64,000 nucleotides of DNA from Octopus sinensis (lineage: Eukaryota). Where the stretch lies: the NCBI RefSeq assembly GCF_006345805.1, contig NC_043005.1, positions 54,498,001 to 54,562,000 on the forward strand, read 5' to 3'. Positions within the stretch are counted from its first letter, which is position 1; the number at the start of each line of letters is the position of its first letter. The notes under the pieces were generated by a model that saw nothing but the letters and a program-made list of their open reading frames with translations, made no database searches and was not told the DNA's origin. Position numbers and translations under genes: made by a program. Shown one piece after another: positions 39,976 to 54,512 of the stretch.

Positions 39976-41789
39976 ATGTCAGTTATCAGGCCCAACCTGT
40001 TTTTTTTTTTTTTATATTCGAACTGGCCTGATCTGGTCTCTTACACACACCCTACAATGTCATCCTAAAGATAAGCAACCACATCATAGAAAATTTAAAA
40101 GCTATGAGATAAGTCATGGTTAGTTCAAAACAATGTGAATAAATAAGCATTACATACAACAGAGAAATCTGACTGCTGAAGGGTTAAATCTTGTATTTTT
40201 GGGAGGTAAGAAAATCTAAAATTGATAATTATTTTCCTCATCATGTGATCTTCTGAACACTTGGTCATTTAGAGGTGGTGTGAGAGGGAGAGAGAGAGAG
40301 AAGTAGAATTGGAAAGAAAATACAAGTTAAAAGTGAAATGAAATAAATCAGGAGAGAATGTAATAGCATTGATGGTGAGAAAATTACTGTTAGTGTGTGT
40401 GAGGGGGGATATGTGTGTGTGTGTGTGTGTGTGTATGCTGATGACGACAAGAGAGTACAACAATGCTGATAAAGAATACAAGGATAATAACGATGATAAT
40501 GATGATAGTGGTGGCGGTGGTGATAATAATGATGATGATGACGATGATGATGATTATAATTGAGAGATATGATGATGATGATGATGATGATGATGACATT
40601 AATGACCATCACAATAATGAAGAGGAGGAGGAGGAAGTGGAGTGGAGTGGAGGAGAGAAAGATGAAGAAGAAGAAGAAGAAGAGGATTATCTACATGAGA
40701 TTCCACATCACCCCACCTCCCAGCACACCACACCACACCAATCGACGCTATTTTTCTCCCCACCACATCCCATTACAGGCTAAACCACAACCGATCCTGT
40801 TCGTATCAGACCTCCACTCCAATTTACACTGCTCCACATCACCCACACCTCCCATACCCACACAACTCCCATACTGCTCCCGTACTCTTCCACCCAACAT
40901 CGTCCCTCTTCATAACACTCCACACCACTCCATACCAATGAAGAATCACAGTCTTCATATATTTCATTCAAAGAATGATAAACCAGGGAAATGAAGATTA
41001 CAAGCAAGCAGAGAATGACTATTTTGATTCCTGTGATTTGTTTTGTTTTTTTTGTTTTTTAAAATTTTATTTTATATTCTACAATCTCATACATTCTAAT
41101 GACCAAAGACACACACACACACATACACGTGCACAAGCATGCATACTGAAATGGCTATATTAGTAGTTTCATTAAAGCCGTTTAACAGAATTCCTGAATC
41201 CAATAACGAGACAGAAATTCTAACACTGATTGTCTTTACTGTTCAATTAGTTTGAAAATCTTAATTACTCCGCTTCACTTTCGTTTTCACAAATATCCTA
41301 TTCTATCTCTTGATATTTATACGATTTCAATTAATTTAATATTAAATATTTTCTCATTTGATTCCATCCTTAATCCTGATAAGGAGAGTGTCTGTAAATA
41401 TTACTTTGTATTTCTGAATGACAATCCTATCAAGAAATGTAAACCGACTCAGCAGTCTGTCAAAAACAAAGGAATCTTATTAATTGCTAAGCAAGCAGCT
41501 CTAATGCTTAAAGCAGTTACAAAGATTTGGTCAATCATTTGTGATTGTAGAAGATAAATTGACCATACGCACTAATACCAACCAGCTTTGTAGATAATAA
41601 TACATCTTCAAAACAAACACAGTCTTGTGACTGATATTGGATTCTAGAACAGCAATGTCTGTCTTGGACACAACATCAAAACTGCATCTGTTTGGGTAGG
41701 CACCAGTTCAAAAATTCAGGTGTATTAAGAAGTGTTGAATTACTCCTAGTCACACCCCCCCTACTCTCCAGGGGAGTAGGAGCAATTGC

Positions 41790-42082
41790 TTCAGAGAATT
41801 CATCTACGAAGCAATTGCCCCAGCTCCCCTTCAGGGTTGGCAAAAGCGATGTGGTGGACAACGAAAAACCTATCTGATGGCAGTCAAGGCTGATCTGGAA
41901 CCCAACCTAGGCCCCCATATCTATGGCATTTGCCGCTGGAATAAGGTGTGGTTGGAGATCACGCGGTCGTTAGCCTCAAATCGCCAGGTCTGGTTGGTGT
42001 TTGTGAGAGATGCAGCATTGAGGATGAATGAAGCCAGCTCAACCCACCCCGGGTGAATGCTGTCTCAAGACAAGAAGAAGAC
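41790..42082 (+). mobile_element. RTE LINE 3' end
   Basis: PAPLQGWQKRCGGQRKTYLMAVKADLEPNLGPHIYGICRWNKVWLEITRSLASNRQVW (frameshifted); CAAGA-type tail. Confidence 0.75.
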
Positions 42083-42579
42083 AGGTCCCCTCTATTCATC
42101 ATCATCTTCATCATCATCCTCATCATCATTTAACGTCTGTTTTCCATGTTGGCATGTGTTGGACAGTTTGACAGGAGCAGGCAAAGCAGAAGGCTGTGTC
42201 AGATTTCATTGTTTTGGCATGGTTTTTACAGCTTGATGCTCTTCCTAATGCCAACCACCTTATGAAGTGGACTGAGTGCTTTTTACATGACACTAGCATT
42301 GGTGAGGTTTATAGTGAATGATCCAACAAGTTTGTGGAGAAACTGTTTGCATGAACCTGGTTCATGGGGCCCAATGTTGGGGCCTGTTAGGTTAAAGAAT
42401 ATGAGACTTAGAGGAGTGTCTGGAACTGTACAGGTCTACTGGTATGTGGCCATACTCTGAAGATGTGTATACCAATCTCCCAACCTTAGGATGAAATAGG
42501 TCCAATGCTTCACGTGTAAACTCAGGAGAACAGGAGACTGCAAAGTAACAGCAAATAAACCATTAGAATACAATTGGAA

Positions 42580-42957
42580 ACCACTGATGTATCTTTTCTG
42601 AGAAAAATCATGAACCTTCAGACTGTGGCATAAAAAAGCATTGACACTGATTAGCATGGCATATGAAAAAGAGAGAGAGAATAGGAGACAGAGAGACAGA
42701 GACAGACAGACAGAGCATAAAATACTTCTTTATGTACATTTCAGAATATGGGCAGTTGGTAAAAGGGACCACTGATGTATCTTTTCTGAGAAAAATCATG
42801 AAACTTCAAACTGTGGCATAAAAAAAGTATTGACACTTGTTAGCAAGGCATATGAAAAAGAGAAAGAGAGAGACAGAGAAAGACAGACAGACAGACAGAC
42901 AGAGCATAAAATACTTCTTTATGTACATTTCAGAATATGGGCAATTGGTAAAAGGGA
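42580..42957. repeat. Diverged ~188-bp tandem duplication
   Basis: ACCACTGATGTATCTTTTCTGAG...GGTAAAAGGG at 42580 and 42768. Confidence 0.9.
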
Positions 42958-43119
42958 ACATGAATAAGACTAAAACTTTTTATGTAATGGATACCTATCT
43001 GAGGAAAATCTACTGCATAAATAACATGATCTAATGAAGAATTGATCTAATGAAGAATTGACTGAAGAGTTATATGGTAAAAAAATGGTTGTAATAGTGT
43101 GACCCTTGAAATATAACAT

Positions 43120-43545
43120 CAGCAGCCCAGTTCAGAAGAGGCCTTGATCCAGCTGGTTTCCTATCACAATTGAAGCTAGTTGGTCCTGATTATGGGGATG
43201 GTAATTACTCCGGTGGAATAACTCTCTTTCCATATGAGGGAGGCAGATCCCTAATCTGTGATGTGACATGCAGTGACACGTTCTCCAATCTCACTGCATT
43301 GGTTGCAAACTCAGGTATTGCCTTCTATAATGCAGAGAAGAGAAAAGTAAATAGATACAGGGGTCTGACCAACTGCTCTCAGTTTGTACCTGTCACTGTT
43401 AAGACTTCAGGTGTTCTTGGACCTCACACTACCATTTCCCTGCCCAAAATTGGTTTAACAGCAGTTTGTCTGAGAAACAAACCCAACAAGTAGCTGCTGC
43501 AATGAGTGTCAATGGCCACTCTCTGTGGCAATGCCATTGTGGTCA
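43120..43545 (+). mobile_element. CRE-like non-LTR element, restriction-like endonuclease relic
   Basis: GGITLFPYEGGRSLICDVTCSDTF..AEKRKVNRYRGL..FVPVTVKTSGVLG..GNA matches PDGxT..PWxxG..LxWDVT..DT..AExxKxxKY..FxPxAxETxG. Confidence 0.75.
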
Positions 43546-44352
43546 TGATCATGCGGTGTGGCTGAGCATGAGAGTGATAGTGGTAGTGGGTGGTGGTGGT
43601 GGTGGTGGTGATAGTGGTCAGTGGTCAATAATGGTAATGGTGGTGCTATTGCCGCTGGTGGTGATGATGACAATGAGAAAGTTATAATTACAATGGTTGA
43701 GTGAGTAAGCTCACAGGTGAGCAATTAGTGTTGTTAGTCAACACACTTAGCTGTAAAAGAAAAAACAGCAATTCCAAAACAATTTTATTCATTAAACATA
43801 TCTTTCTTTTAAGACAGCGAGCTTGCTGAAACGTTAGCATGCTAGACAGGCCAACACCTATCAGGAAGACATGTGCAAGAAAAAGATCCCAGTGGGATCA
43901 AGACTCTGATAAGAAAGGATTGGGTAAGGTGATTTATGTGAAGTTAAGAATGGCGAAATAACAAAAAGGGTAACAAGATTGGGAGAGAGAAGTTGATTGG
44001 TTATGCCTGAATAAAGGGAGTGTGAAACCAGCCACCTCTGTGGTACCTGTTTGAGCTGCTCGATTACATTTTGGTTGTTTGCTGAATTTTTCTTGAGAAC
44101 ATTTCTTAGTGGTAAGACCATAGCAGATCTACTTCTAGCATAAGGGCATCCACATAGTGGTTTCCCTCTCATATGTATATATATATATATATGAGAGGGT
44201 CATCCCTCTTATATGTATGTAATAATAATTTTTCTGAATCTTCAGATTTTTCTATATGCTAGAACACTGGTTTTAAATTGATATTAAATCAAATTAATAT
44301 TCAGTTTTTTCACACTTATCATTTTAAAAACACATATATATATATATATATG

Positions 44353-44814
<462 letters not shown>

Positions 44815-44821
44815 CAGAGAG

Positions 44822-45412
44822 ACTATTTCCATGCATGTTGAAAGATAAATGCTTTAATGAAACATATATAGTTCACTTTGATACATAAAAAAGCTGTCAG
44901 CAGGCAAGATGAACAGACTAATTATGTTTTAATTACTGTCAGTTAATAGCATACTATTAGTTTTGTGTTTAACTCACAAATTAAATAAATTAATTTCTAA
45001 AACATTAATTTAATTTAAATCTGTCAAGTACGACCTCCTTCAGGACTATCCCTCCATATTTACAAAAAAAAAAAAAATAGGAATAATTTTTAAAATATTA
45101 TCGTATTCATCTGCACCCATTCGAATTTCAAGGGATAAAATTATTTCAAAACAAGTGTGAAAGAAAGCTAAAACTTGAAAGGATAGTGGTGAAGAACGTC
45201 ATACTTGAGAAATTTAAATTAAATTAATTTTATTTTTTATTAATTTATTTAGGTGGTAAGTTAAACCCAAAACTATAGTACACTATTAACTTACAGTAAT
45301 TCTTTTAAAATTATTCTGTTTGTCTCACCTGCTGACAGATTTTTTTGTTTCAAGGTGAATTATAGATGCTTCATTAAAGCATCTATTCTTTTCAATATGC
45401 AAGGAAATCGTC
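44822..45412. mobile_element. Large diverged inverted repeat, probably inverted Penelope-like termini
   Basis: Arm 44822-45052 pairs with 45180-45412 (e.g. CTGTCAGCAGG/CCTGCTGACAG, ATGCTTTAATGAA/TTCATTAAAGCAT); hammerhead-like core at both inner ends. Confidence 0.65.
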
Positions 45413-45522
45413 GTTTCTATCTCCCTCTGTGTTTTTTTATATATGTATATTTGAATTTGCTGCCAGGCAGAAGCATGTGGAAAATTGATAAGGAAGTTTA
45501 GCTTTCTTTCACTCTTGTTTTG

Positions 45523-45575
<53 letters not shown>

Positions 45576-45794
45576 TATGTATTTCTTTTATTCTTTTATT
45601 CTTTTACTTGTTTCAGTCATTTGACTGTGGCCATGCAGGAGCACCGCCTTTAGTCGAGCAAATCGACCCCGGGACTTATTCTTTGTAAGCCCATACTTAT
45701 TCTTTCAGTCTCTTTTGCCGAACTGCTAAGTGACGGGGACGTAAACACACCAGCATCGGTTGTCAAGCAATGCTAGGGGGACAAGCACAGACAT

Positions 45795-45868
<74 letters not shown>

Positions 45869-46034
45869 ATCCATTTGATAAATAGAGATTGCGAAAGAGC
45901 ATACACTAGCAAATTATTGGAGAGGCAATATAATCAAACAAAGAAGTACTTGAAAACAGTCTCCCAGCATGGCCACACTTCAGAAACTAAGACCAGTGAA
46001 AAGGATAAAAGAGTACACATATCTATAGATTGAA

Positions 46035-46084
<50 letters not shown>

Positions 46085-46119
46085 GGATGATGATGATGAT
46101 GATCATGATGATGATGATA

Positions 46120-46392
46120 ATGTGGAATCTTTAAACAGAAACAATTCCTATCATATAGGTGCATTAGGTATGATAAAAAAATATTCAGACAAATTCATAA
46201 CAAAAACACCAGGACTTACAAATATATATAACATACAGAAAATTGCACTACCGGGCACTGCACACATTCTACACAAAACACTTTCAATACAGCATCACAG
46301 CAAATCACAACACATACCCAAGGCACACAGAGCTGCACTCGATAGTGAAGTGAAAGTATGATATAAAAATAAGACTGCTGAATAATAATAAT
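46120..46392 (+). mobile_element. Short 3' fragment of the same R4/Dong-like element
   Basis: Near-identical to 35033-35310 (GALGMIKKYSDKFITKTPGL..); next to (AAT)n/(GAT)n. Confidence 0.85.
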
Positions 46393-46394
46393 AC

Positions 46395-46948
46395 ACTCAA
46401 ATGCAGAATGAGACAGTGGCTCTCATGTCCTCTGATCTTAATTAATTAGAAGTGTTATCATGTACATTGTTTTGCTTTGATATAAAAGAAAGGTCACAGC
46501 AAATATTCTGCTCAATACTACAGATTTGCTTGTTAGTTGTTTGACCTTAACCAGTTGACCATGTCCCTTAGTGGCTGACAATATGTGCTTCTCTGATCAC
46601 TAGCAGAAGTAGTGGAGGAGCATCATAGCTATGTGTTGAGAGGAATTTTTGGGGGTTTGGATAATTCACTTTGGAAACATGGGAGTTTTGTACAACATCC
46701 TTAAACAAACCTTATTCAGGGACCATTTGAGTGAGATAGTCTACTCAACCTGACAAAAAGTCTAATGGGGCCCTACCTGCAGGTCATGTGCTGTTTATCT
46801 TGATATGAGATCACCACGTCACACACATATGGTTGTGGTGCATGTTCTTTGTGTACCCTTATCAGACAAGTAGTCATGATGGGTATACTGGGCTTCATAT
46901 ATTCTACCCCAGTGTCACTTTGATAGCATGCACTGCTCTCTCACTCAA

Positions 46949-46979
<31 letters not shown>

Positions 46980-47505
46980 AAGAAGAGAAGAGGAGGAGGA
47001 GGAGGAGGAGGAGGAGGAGGAGGGGGAAGAAGAAGAAGAAGAAGAAGAAGAAGAAGAAGAAGAAGAAGAATGATAATGATAATACTGCAAATATTCAGCC
47101 CTGTACCACAGATTTGCTTGTCATTTGTTTGACCGTAACCAGTTGAGCATGCCCCTCGGTGGCTGACGATATGTGCATCACTGATCACAAGCAAGTGATG
47201 AGAGAAATTCTTTGGGGTTTGAAAAATTTACCTCTGTAAATATGAGTGTTTCATCCATCATCCTTAAACAACTCTTAACCTTTCGAGTGGGATGGCTACT
47301 CAACCTAGAGAAAATTCTAACTGGGCCCCACCTGCAAGGTCATGCACTGTTTATCTTGATATGAAATGATTATGTTATGCAGATATGGTCATGGCATACA
47401 CGTTGTGTACCCTTATGAGATGGCTAGTGATAATGTGTATACTTGGTTTCGCATATTTTACCCCAGTGTCACTTTGATGGCATGCACTGCTCTCTCACTC
47501 AATAA
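46395..47505. repeat. Two copies of an unclassified interspersed repeat separated by (AAG)n(GGA)n
   Basis: 46500-46950 and 47087-47503 align (GCAAATATTC..CAGATTTGCTTG...GCACTGCTCTCTCACTCAATAA). Confidence 0.75.
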
Positions 47506-47744
47506 TACAAACAATAATGATAATGATAATAATAGTGAACTTTCCCATCAAAGACAACACATGCATATTCAGCTTATGCCACACAACCTGCACATATGAT
47601 TTTTCTATGGTGATCAAATATATGAGCTATACCTTAGCTTCCTCTCTCCATCAAATCTATTTTCTGAATATATGTACAGTGCACTATGCATTAGACGTAC
47701 TATGCACACGCACATACAGAACAATGTGAAACAGAGTGTTTCAC

Positions 47745-48990
47745 ACAAAAACACAATTCACCACCTGGTCTAGGAATTGAAACCAGGACCTCGCAATCAT
47801 GACTGCAACACCTTAACCACTAAGCCATTATAATAATAAGAAAAAGCATAACGAGAATACAATGCACTACCTGGTCTAGGAATTGAAACCAGGACCTTGC
47901 AATCATGATTGCAACACCCTTACCACTGGGCCATTATAATAATAAGAAGAAGAACAAAAAGAACACAATGCACCACGTGGTCTAGTAATTGAAACCAGGA
48001 CCTCACAATCATGATTGCAACACCATAACCACTAGGCCATTATAATAATAATAATAAAAATAACGACAAGAACAAAAAGCACCACCTGGTCTAGGAATTG
48101 AAACCAGGACCTCGCAATCATGACTGCAACACCTTAACCACTAAGCCATTATAATAATAAGAAAAAGCATAACGAGAATACAATGCACTACCTGGTCTAG
48201 GAATTGAAACCAGGACCTTGCAATCATGATTGCAACACCCTTACCACTGGGCCATTATAATAATAAGAAGAAGAACAAAAAGAACACAATGCACCACGTG
48301 GTCTAGTAATTGAAACCAGGACCTCACAATCATGATTGCAACACCATAACCACTAGGCCATTATAATAATAATAATAAAAATAACGACAAGAACAAAAAG
48401 CACCACCTGGTCTGGGAACTGAAACCAGGACCTTGCAATCATGATTGCAACACCATAACCACTAGGCCATTATAATAAGAAGAAGAATAACAAGAACACA
48501 ATGCACCACCTGGACTAGGAATTGAAACCAGGACCTTTCAATCATGATTGCAACACCATAACCACTAGGCCATTATAATAATAATAATAAAAATAACGAC
48601 AAGAACAAAAAGCACCACCTGGTCTGGGAACTGAAACCAGGACCTCACAATCATGACTGCAACACCATAATCACTAGGCCATTATAATAATAAGAAGAAG
48701 AACAAGAACACAATGCACCACCTGGTCTAGGAATTGAAACCAGGACCTTTCAATCATGACTGCAAAACCCTATTATTATAATAATAAGAAGAAGAATAGC
48801 GACAAGAAAGACAAAGCACCACCTGGTCTTAGAATTGAAACCAGGACCTCGCAATCATGTTTGCAACACCCTAACCACTAAGCCATTATAATAATAAGAA
48901 GAATAACAAGAACACAATGCACCATGTGGTCTAGGAATTGAAACCAAGACCTCACAATCATGATTGCAACACCCTTACCACTAGGCCATT
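47745..48990 (-). repeat. Tandem array of 12 tRNA-like SINE heads (~107-bp period)
   Basis: Minus-strand unit TGGC(C/T)TAGTGGT..GGTGTTGCA(A/G)TCATGATTG..AGGTCCTGGTTTCAATTCCTAGACCAGGTGGTGC plus an (ATT/CTT)n linker; units 1-3 repeated as 4-6. Confidence 0.9.
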
Positions 48991-49771
48991 ATAATAATAA
49001 TAATAAGAATAATGACAACAACAACAACAACAATAATATTAATAACAACAACAACAATTATTATTTTTGTGATAATAACAATAATAATATTTAAAGCCAA
49101 CAGAGAGATTATTACTAGAAAAACTAGGTTATGCCAAGAGTATCATAAGTCAAAAGCATCAAATATAACTAGAGTGTTGTGTTTGTAGGTCAGTGGAAAA
49201 CATTCTTTTTGCCAGAACTTTGCTCATCCAGAACTAACAGAACCCATCCAACTATAGAAACATCTTCCATAATTAATAAAGGCCTTTTAATATCACCAAT
49301 CAATTGGACGATTCACTTGTAAATTCAGATTTGTTTGTCTTTCGCCCTTCTATTTAATCTACTGATGTTGTTGATGTCACTGCTACTAGCAACAACAGAC
49401 AGTGCAGCTGATGTTATCATTGGTACAGAAACACATACATGTACACAGATGAGTGCGTATATAGCCTGACACATGTAACACATACATACGCACTCGCATA
49501 AGGAACGTATATATGTGCACAAACACACACACACATAGAGAAAAATATTGATATAGATATACATATATGTATATGCATATATATGCACATATATGCATAT
49601 GTATATATCTGTATGTGTATAAGAATGCATATATGTACACATATGCCTATATACATATGCATACATATAAATATATGCATATATATATGTATATATACAT
49701 ATATATATATATGTATGTATATATATTTATATATGTATATATATGTATATATATATATGTATATATATGTA

Positions 49772-49802
<31 letters not shown>

Positions 49803-49834
49803 ATATATATGTATATATATATAGATATACATAC

Positions 49835-49895
<61 letters not shown>

Positions 49896-50789
49896 TGTAC
49901 ACACACATACACATACATAATTATTGACGTTAGCAATGCAATATATATATATGTATATATATATATATGTATATATCCTTGTAAACATCAACCAACATTA
50001 ATAAAATTAGCCGCAAGTATTATTATCATATCATTTTTATTGCCATCAATATATTATTTATCTATTATTATACAGAACTGTCGCAGTTGGCAGAAATAAA
50101 GAAACAATAGATTAAGAGAAGGCAATACTCCAGAGTGGTTTGGGCCATGATGACGAAAACAAAGTAATGAGCCAGGCTACATAAACGTCTTGCTCGGAGA
50201 ACCTGCTATTTGGTCCTACAAGACCTGCCATGTGAGCTAATGAGGAAGCTTCTGTAGAGCCTCTGTAGAGCTTCTGTAGAGACCAGCAATGTGTCAGAGT
50301 ATTGGCTGCTATATCTAGGAATGTGGTGGATATTTTAAAAATATATTTTAAGGTTCTAGAGAATCTATATTAATTCAATTCTTCCGTGTACTGGACCATG
50401 CTTTTTAATTGGTAGGCTTATCACATATATATCTTTTCTTTTACTTGTTTAGGTCATCGGACTGTGGCCATGCTGGAACACTATCTTGGAGGGTTTAATC
50501 AAACAAATCAACCTCAGCACTCCTTTTGTTAAGTCCGGTTCCTATTTCATTGGTCTTCATTTGCCAAACTGTTCAGTAGTGGGTATGTAAACAAACCACC
50601 ACAAGTTGTCAAGCAATGTTTTGAGACAAAGACAAACACAAAAACAAACATACACAGGCACACGAATGCACACACACACACACAAACAAATTTTACAATC
50701 AATAATATTTAACTCTTCTATGCTGATCAAATCACTCCATCATTGAATGCTCCACTATTATACACAAACTAGCTTTAACTTAATAATTT

Positions 50790-51050
50790 TAGTGGCCTTA
50801 TTGTAAGAGTGTTGCATTCATGATTGTAAGATTATGGTTTCAATTCCTAGACTAGGCAATGCATTAAGCAAGGCACTACATTTCACACTTCTCTGGTCTA
50901 CACAGCCATAAATAAGTAACCCTGCAATCAACTTGTATTTTGTTTATAGTGAATGTTGTGATCTCAGTCACTTATGTTCCATGGAAACTGGATAGCCAAC
51001 TTTATGAATTTTATGAGTTCTAGGAGGACTTACTTTGCCCTTCTTTCAAA
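50790..51050 (+). mobile_element. Decayed SINE of the family that seeded the 47.7-49.0 kb array
   Basis: GTGTTGCATTCATGATTGTAAG..GGTTTCAATTCCTAGACTAGG matches the array unit. Confidence 0.65.
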
Positions 51051-51099
51051 TTTGATGACTTCTGCATATGTTGGGAAACCAACATTTTATGATACTAAA

Positions 51100-51973
51100 A
51101 GGTGGTCAGCTGGCAGAATTGTTAGAATGATGGACAAAATGTTTTGTGGCATTTCATCTGACTTTACATTCTGAGTTCAAATTCTGCCAAGGTCAACTTT
51201 GTCTATTGTCCTTTTGGAATCGATAAAATAAGTACCAGTTGAGCATTGAGGTCAATGTAATCAACTTATTATGGCTCTCGAAGTTGCTGGCTTTGTGCAA
51301 AAATTGGAAACCAGTATTTTATTCTTTTATTCTTTTATTTGTTTCAGTCATTTGACTGTGGCCTTGCTGAAGCTCTGCCTTTAGTTGAACAAATCGACCC
51401 CAGTACTTATTCTTTGAAATCCTGGTACTTATTCTATCAGTCTCTTTTGCCAAACCACTGAGTTACGGGGATGTAAACACATCAACATCAGTTGTCAAGT
51501 GATGGTGGGGGGATAAACACAGACACACAAACATATATACACACACACACACACACACATATATACGACAAGCTTTCTTTCAGTTTCCATCTTCCAAATC
51601 CGCTCACAAGGCTTTGGTCAACCCAAGGCCATAGCAGAAGACACTTGTCCAAGCTGCCAGGCAGTAGGATGAGAACCTGGAACCATGTGGTTGGTAAGCA
51701 AGCTACTTACCACACAGCCACTCCTATGCCTATAATAGAAAAGTAGGTGTTTATTTAAATTTTTACACTGTGCTCCTAAGGAAGCCAATAATACAAGATA
51801 TCGTTCCAGTGTGGCCAATTCTTTTATTCTTTTAATTGTTTCAGTCATTTGACTGTGGACATGCTGGAGCACTTCTTTTAGTTGAATTAATCAACCCAGG
51901 ACTTATTCTTTGTAAGCCTAGTACTTATTCTTTCAGTCTTTTTTGTTGCACTGCTAAGTTGAGGGAGGCATAA

Positions 51974-52010
<37 letters not shown>

Positions 52011-52260
52011 AACAAGCTGCTTCCAGTTTCCGTCTACCAAATCCACTCACAAGGCTTTGGTCGGCTCAAGGCTATAGTAGAAAACACTCACCTAAGGGGC
52101 CATGCAGTGGGATGAGAACCAGGAACCATCTGGTTGGTAAGCAAGTTACTTACCACACAGCCACTCCTGCACTCTATAACTGGCAGAATTGTTAGAGCAA
52201 ATTGCATTAGTTGTTCTGTTCCCTCTCTGTTTTGGGGTCAAATTCCACTGATGTCACCTT
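51100..52260. mobile_element. Cluster of SINE family C (+) and family A (-) copies
   Basis: C at 51100-51315 and 52180-52260; A at 51320-51730 and 51820-52170. Confidence 0.8.
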
Positions 52261-53922
52261 TCTGATTATCATTCTCAATACTTCGTCAGTCAGGGCTGAC
52301 CATCCATATATTTGCACCTGGAAAGTTCTTTCCTGGAGCAGAGACCAAGAAATATTTTTTATAGAAGCCCAACAGTTGACAATGCTTGTGTGTTTTCTTG
52401 CTCCATGTCACTGATATTATTCAAAGGAGAAGCAAGGATCAATACCGATGAGAGGGAGGAAGTGGGATGTGCCCTCAAACAAGAGACCTAACCCAGATGA
52501 TTGAAACAGAGTAGACTCTACTAAAGGCAACCAAGAACCAGATGGTGGTATTAATATGGGTGATGAAGGAAGTCTGTGATACCAAGAAGTTCTTGGCAGG
52601 ATTTGAACTCAGACACAAAGAGCCAGAACAAATATAGCAGGGTATGCAGTTTAATGATCTTGCAGTTCCGTTTTGGAGTGGTGATTTACTTTATCAAGCT
52701 CAAATAAATGAAAAGTAAAGCTGACCTCATCAGAAATTGAACTCAAATTGCAAGAAGTCAGAACAAAAACATTTATCCTATTTTCTATCTTCAAAACAGT
52801 ATCCATTATATAATGCTTGTAAAAAAAGTAATAAATAATATAAATAATAAAATATCAATATAAAATGATACAAATAATAAAATAATAAATGATGCAAATA
52901 GTATTATATATAAAAAGATACTGTACATTTGGTTCCCTGTGGCTATAGTTATTCATACAAGGGAGATAACCACCCACTCACAATATATTTAAGTTTTTTT
53001 AAATATTTTTATCTATTACAAAGTTCTTACAGTTTCTTGTTGTTTATCACTATTTCATTCTTTTTAGAAATCTTCAGCATGATAAAACCTATAACCTATT
53101 AATTAGATGTATAATGAAGAGACATTTCATTAAAATTAAAGATGAAATTAATTACAATCTGGAGGAAATACATGGAATGATTTTTTTCTTTCATTATATT
53201 TTCTTCATGGAACATAGATAAGATATAGACATAACTGGAAAAAAACTTTGATTAAATGTCTGCTTGATAATGTTTGGCCAGGGGCTAAACAGCAACATCA
53301 TCACCATCATAACTCACATCATCATCATCACTATTACATCAACGTCATTATCATCATCATCTTCCCTGTAGAACTAAAGAGGGAGGCACCTAAGAAGTTG
53401 TTCAGCATGCTAGAAAGTGTAACCAAATTACCCTCATATTCAAATTAAGCAAGACACAAGGGTATTGCATTCTTAAATATACTACGGAGGAAAGTAAGAT
53501 GGGCCTTCATGGTTTGAGCAACATCAACAATTAATCAGTAAACTCATCATCGTCATCATCATCATCATCAGCATCATCATCGTCATCATCATCATCATCA
53601 TCATTATCATCATCATCATCATCATTATCATCATCATCATCATTATCATCATCATTCTCATTGACAAACTTTCATTGTGCCCTATCAGAATTTGCAAAAG
53701 GAAGTCATCTTTCTCATCTCCAGCCTGATGTGAGGGCACAGAAAGTGTGTCAATAGTCAGCTGGAGGAGATGTCTTCCTGGGGCTATAAACTACAGTAGC
53801 ATCAACCCTTAAGGGTTAGCCACATTTAGGTGGCAAATATCTCTCTCTCTATATATATATATTTATATGTATGAATGTATATATTATATATATATATATA
53901 TATGTATGTGTATATATATGTA

Positions 53923-53958
<36 letters not shown>

Positions 53959-54368
53959 TTAAATTGTTTCCATCCAAAATGGAGACAAACACCATTCCTC
54001 CATGTAATAAGCTTGAAAAATTGTTAAGATATTAAGATATTTTCTTGACGCAAAACTAATGGTAGCCTTAATACACAAATAAAGAAATTTTCTCCACCAA
54101 TTTTGAGCAGCCATCAACTTGGTAGCTAGGTTGTGAAGGAAAGTATCTTGTTTTAATCATCATCCTTTAAATCTCAATTCTTGCAATTCCTTTCATAATC
54201 CCTGCTACAAGGATTTATAGTGTACGAATTAAGGATTTGCATTCTTTCCACTAGGTCCCATGTCCAGCCATACTCTGCTCCAGATGGATTGGTATTATGT
54301 ATGTATGTATGGATGGATGGATGGATGGATGGATGCAAGCATATATAGTTGTATATACACAGAAACAT

Positions 54369-54399
<31 letters not shown>

Positions 54400-54432
54400 T
54401 GCAGATAGACTAACATAAATGTATGTATGTGT

Positions 54433-54466
<34 letters not shown>

Positions 54467-54512
54467 CACTATTATACATTTATATATATATATACATACA
54501 TACACGTATATA

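Noticed and set aside
47745-48990. CRISPR-like look (palindromic repeats with variable spacers)
   Set aside because: The spacers are related AAT/AAG microsatellite linkers, the repeat is a ~75-nt tRNA-derived SINE head, there are no cas genes, and the context is eukaryotic.
49329-49422. Possible exon encoding a signal-peptide-like stretch (ICLSFALLFNLLMLLMSLLLATTDSA)
   Set aside because: Weak acceptor and donor, in-frame stop just upstream, no partner exons; the hydrophobicity is explained by TTG/CTG-rich low complexity.
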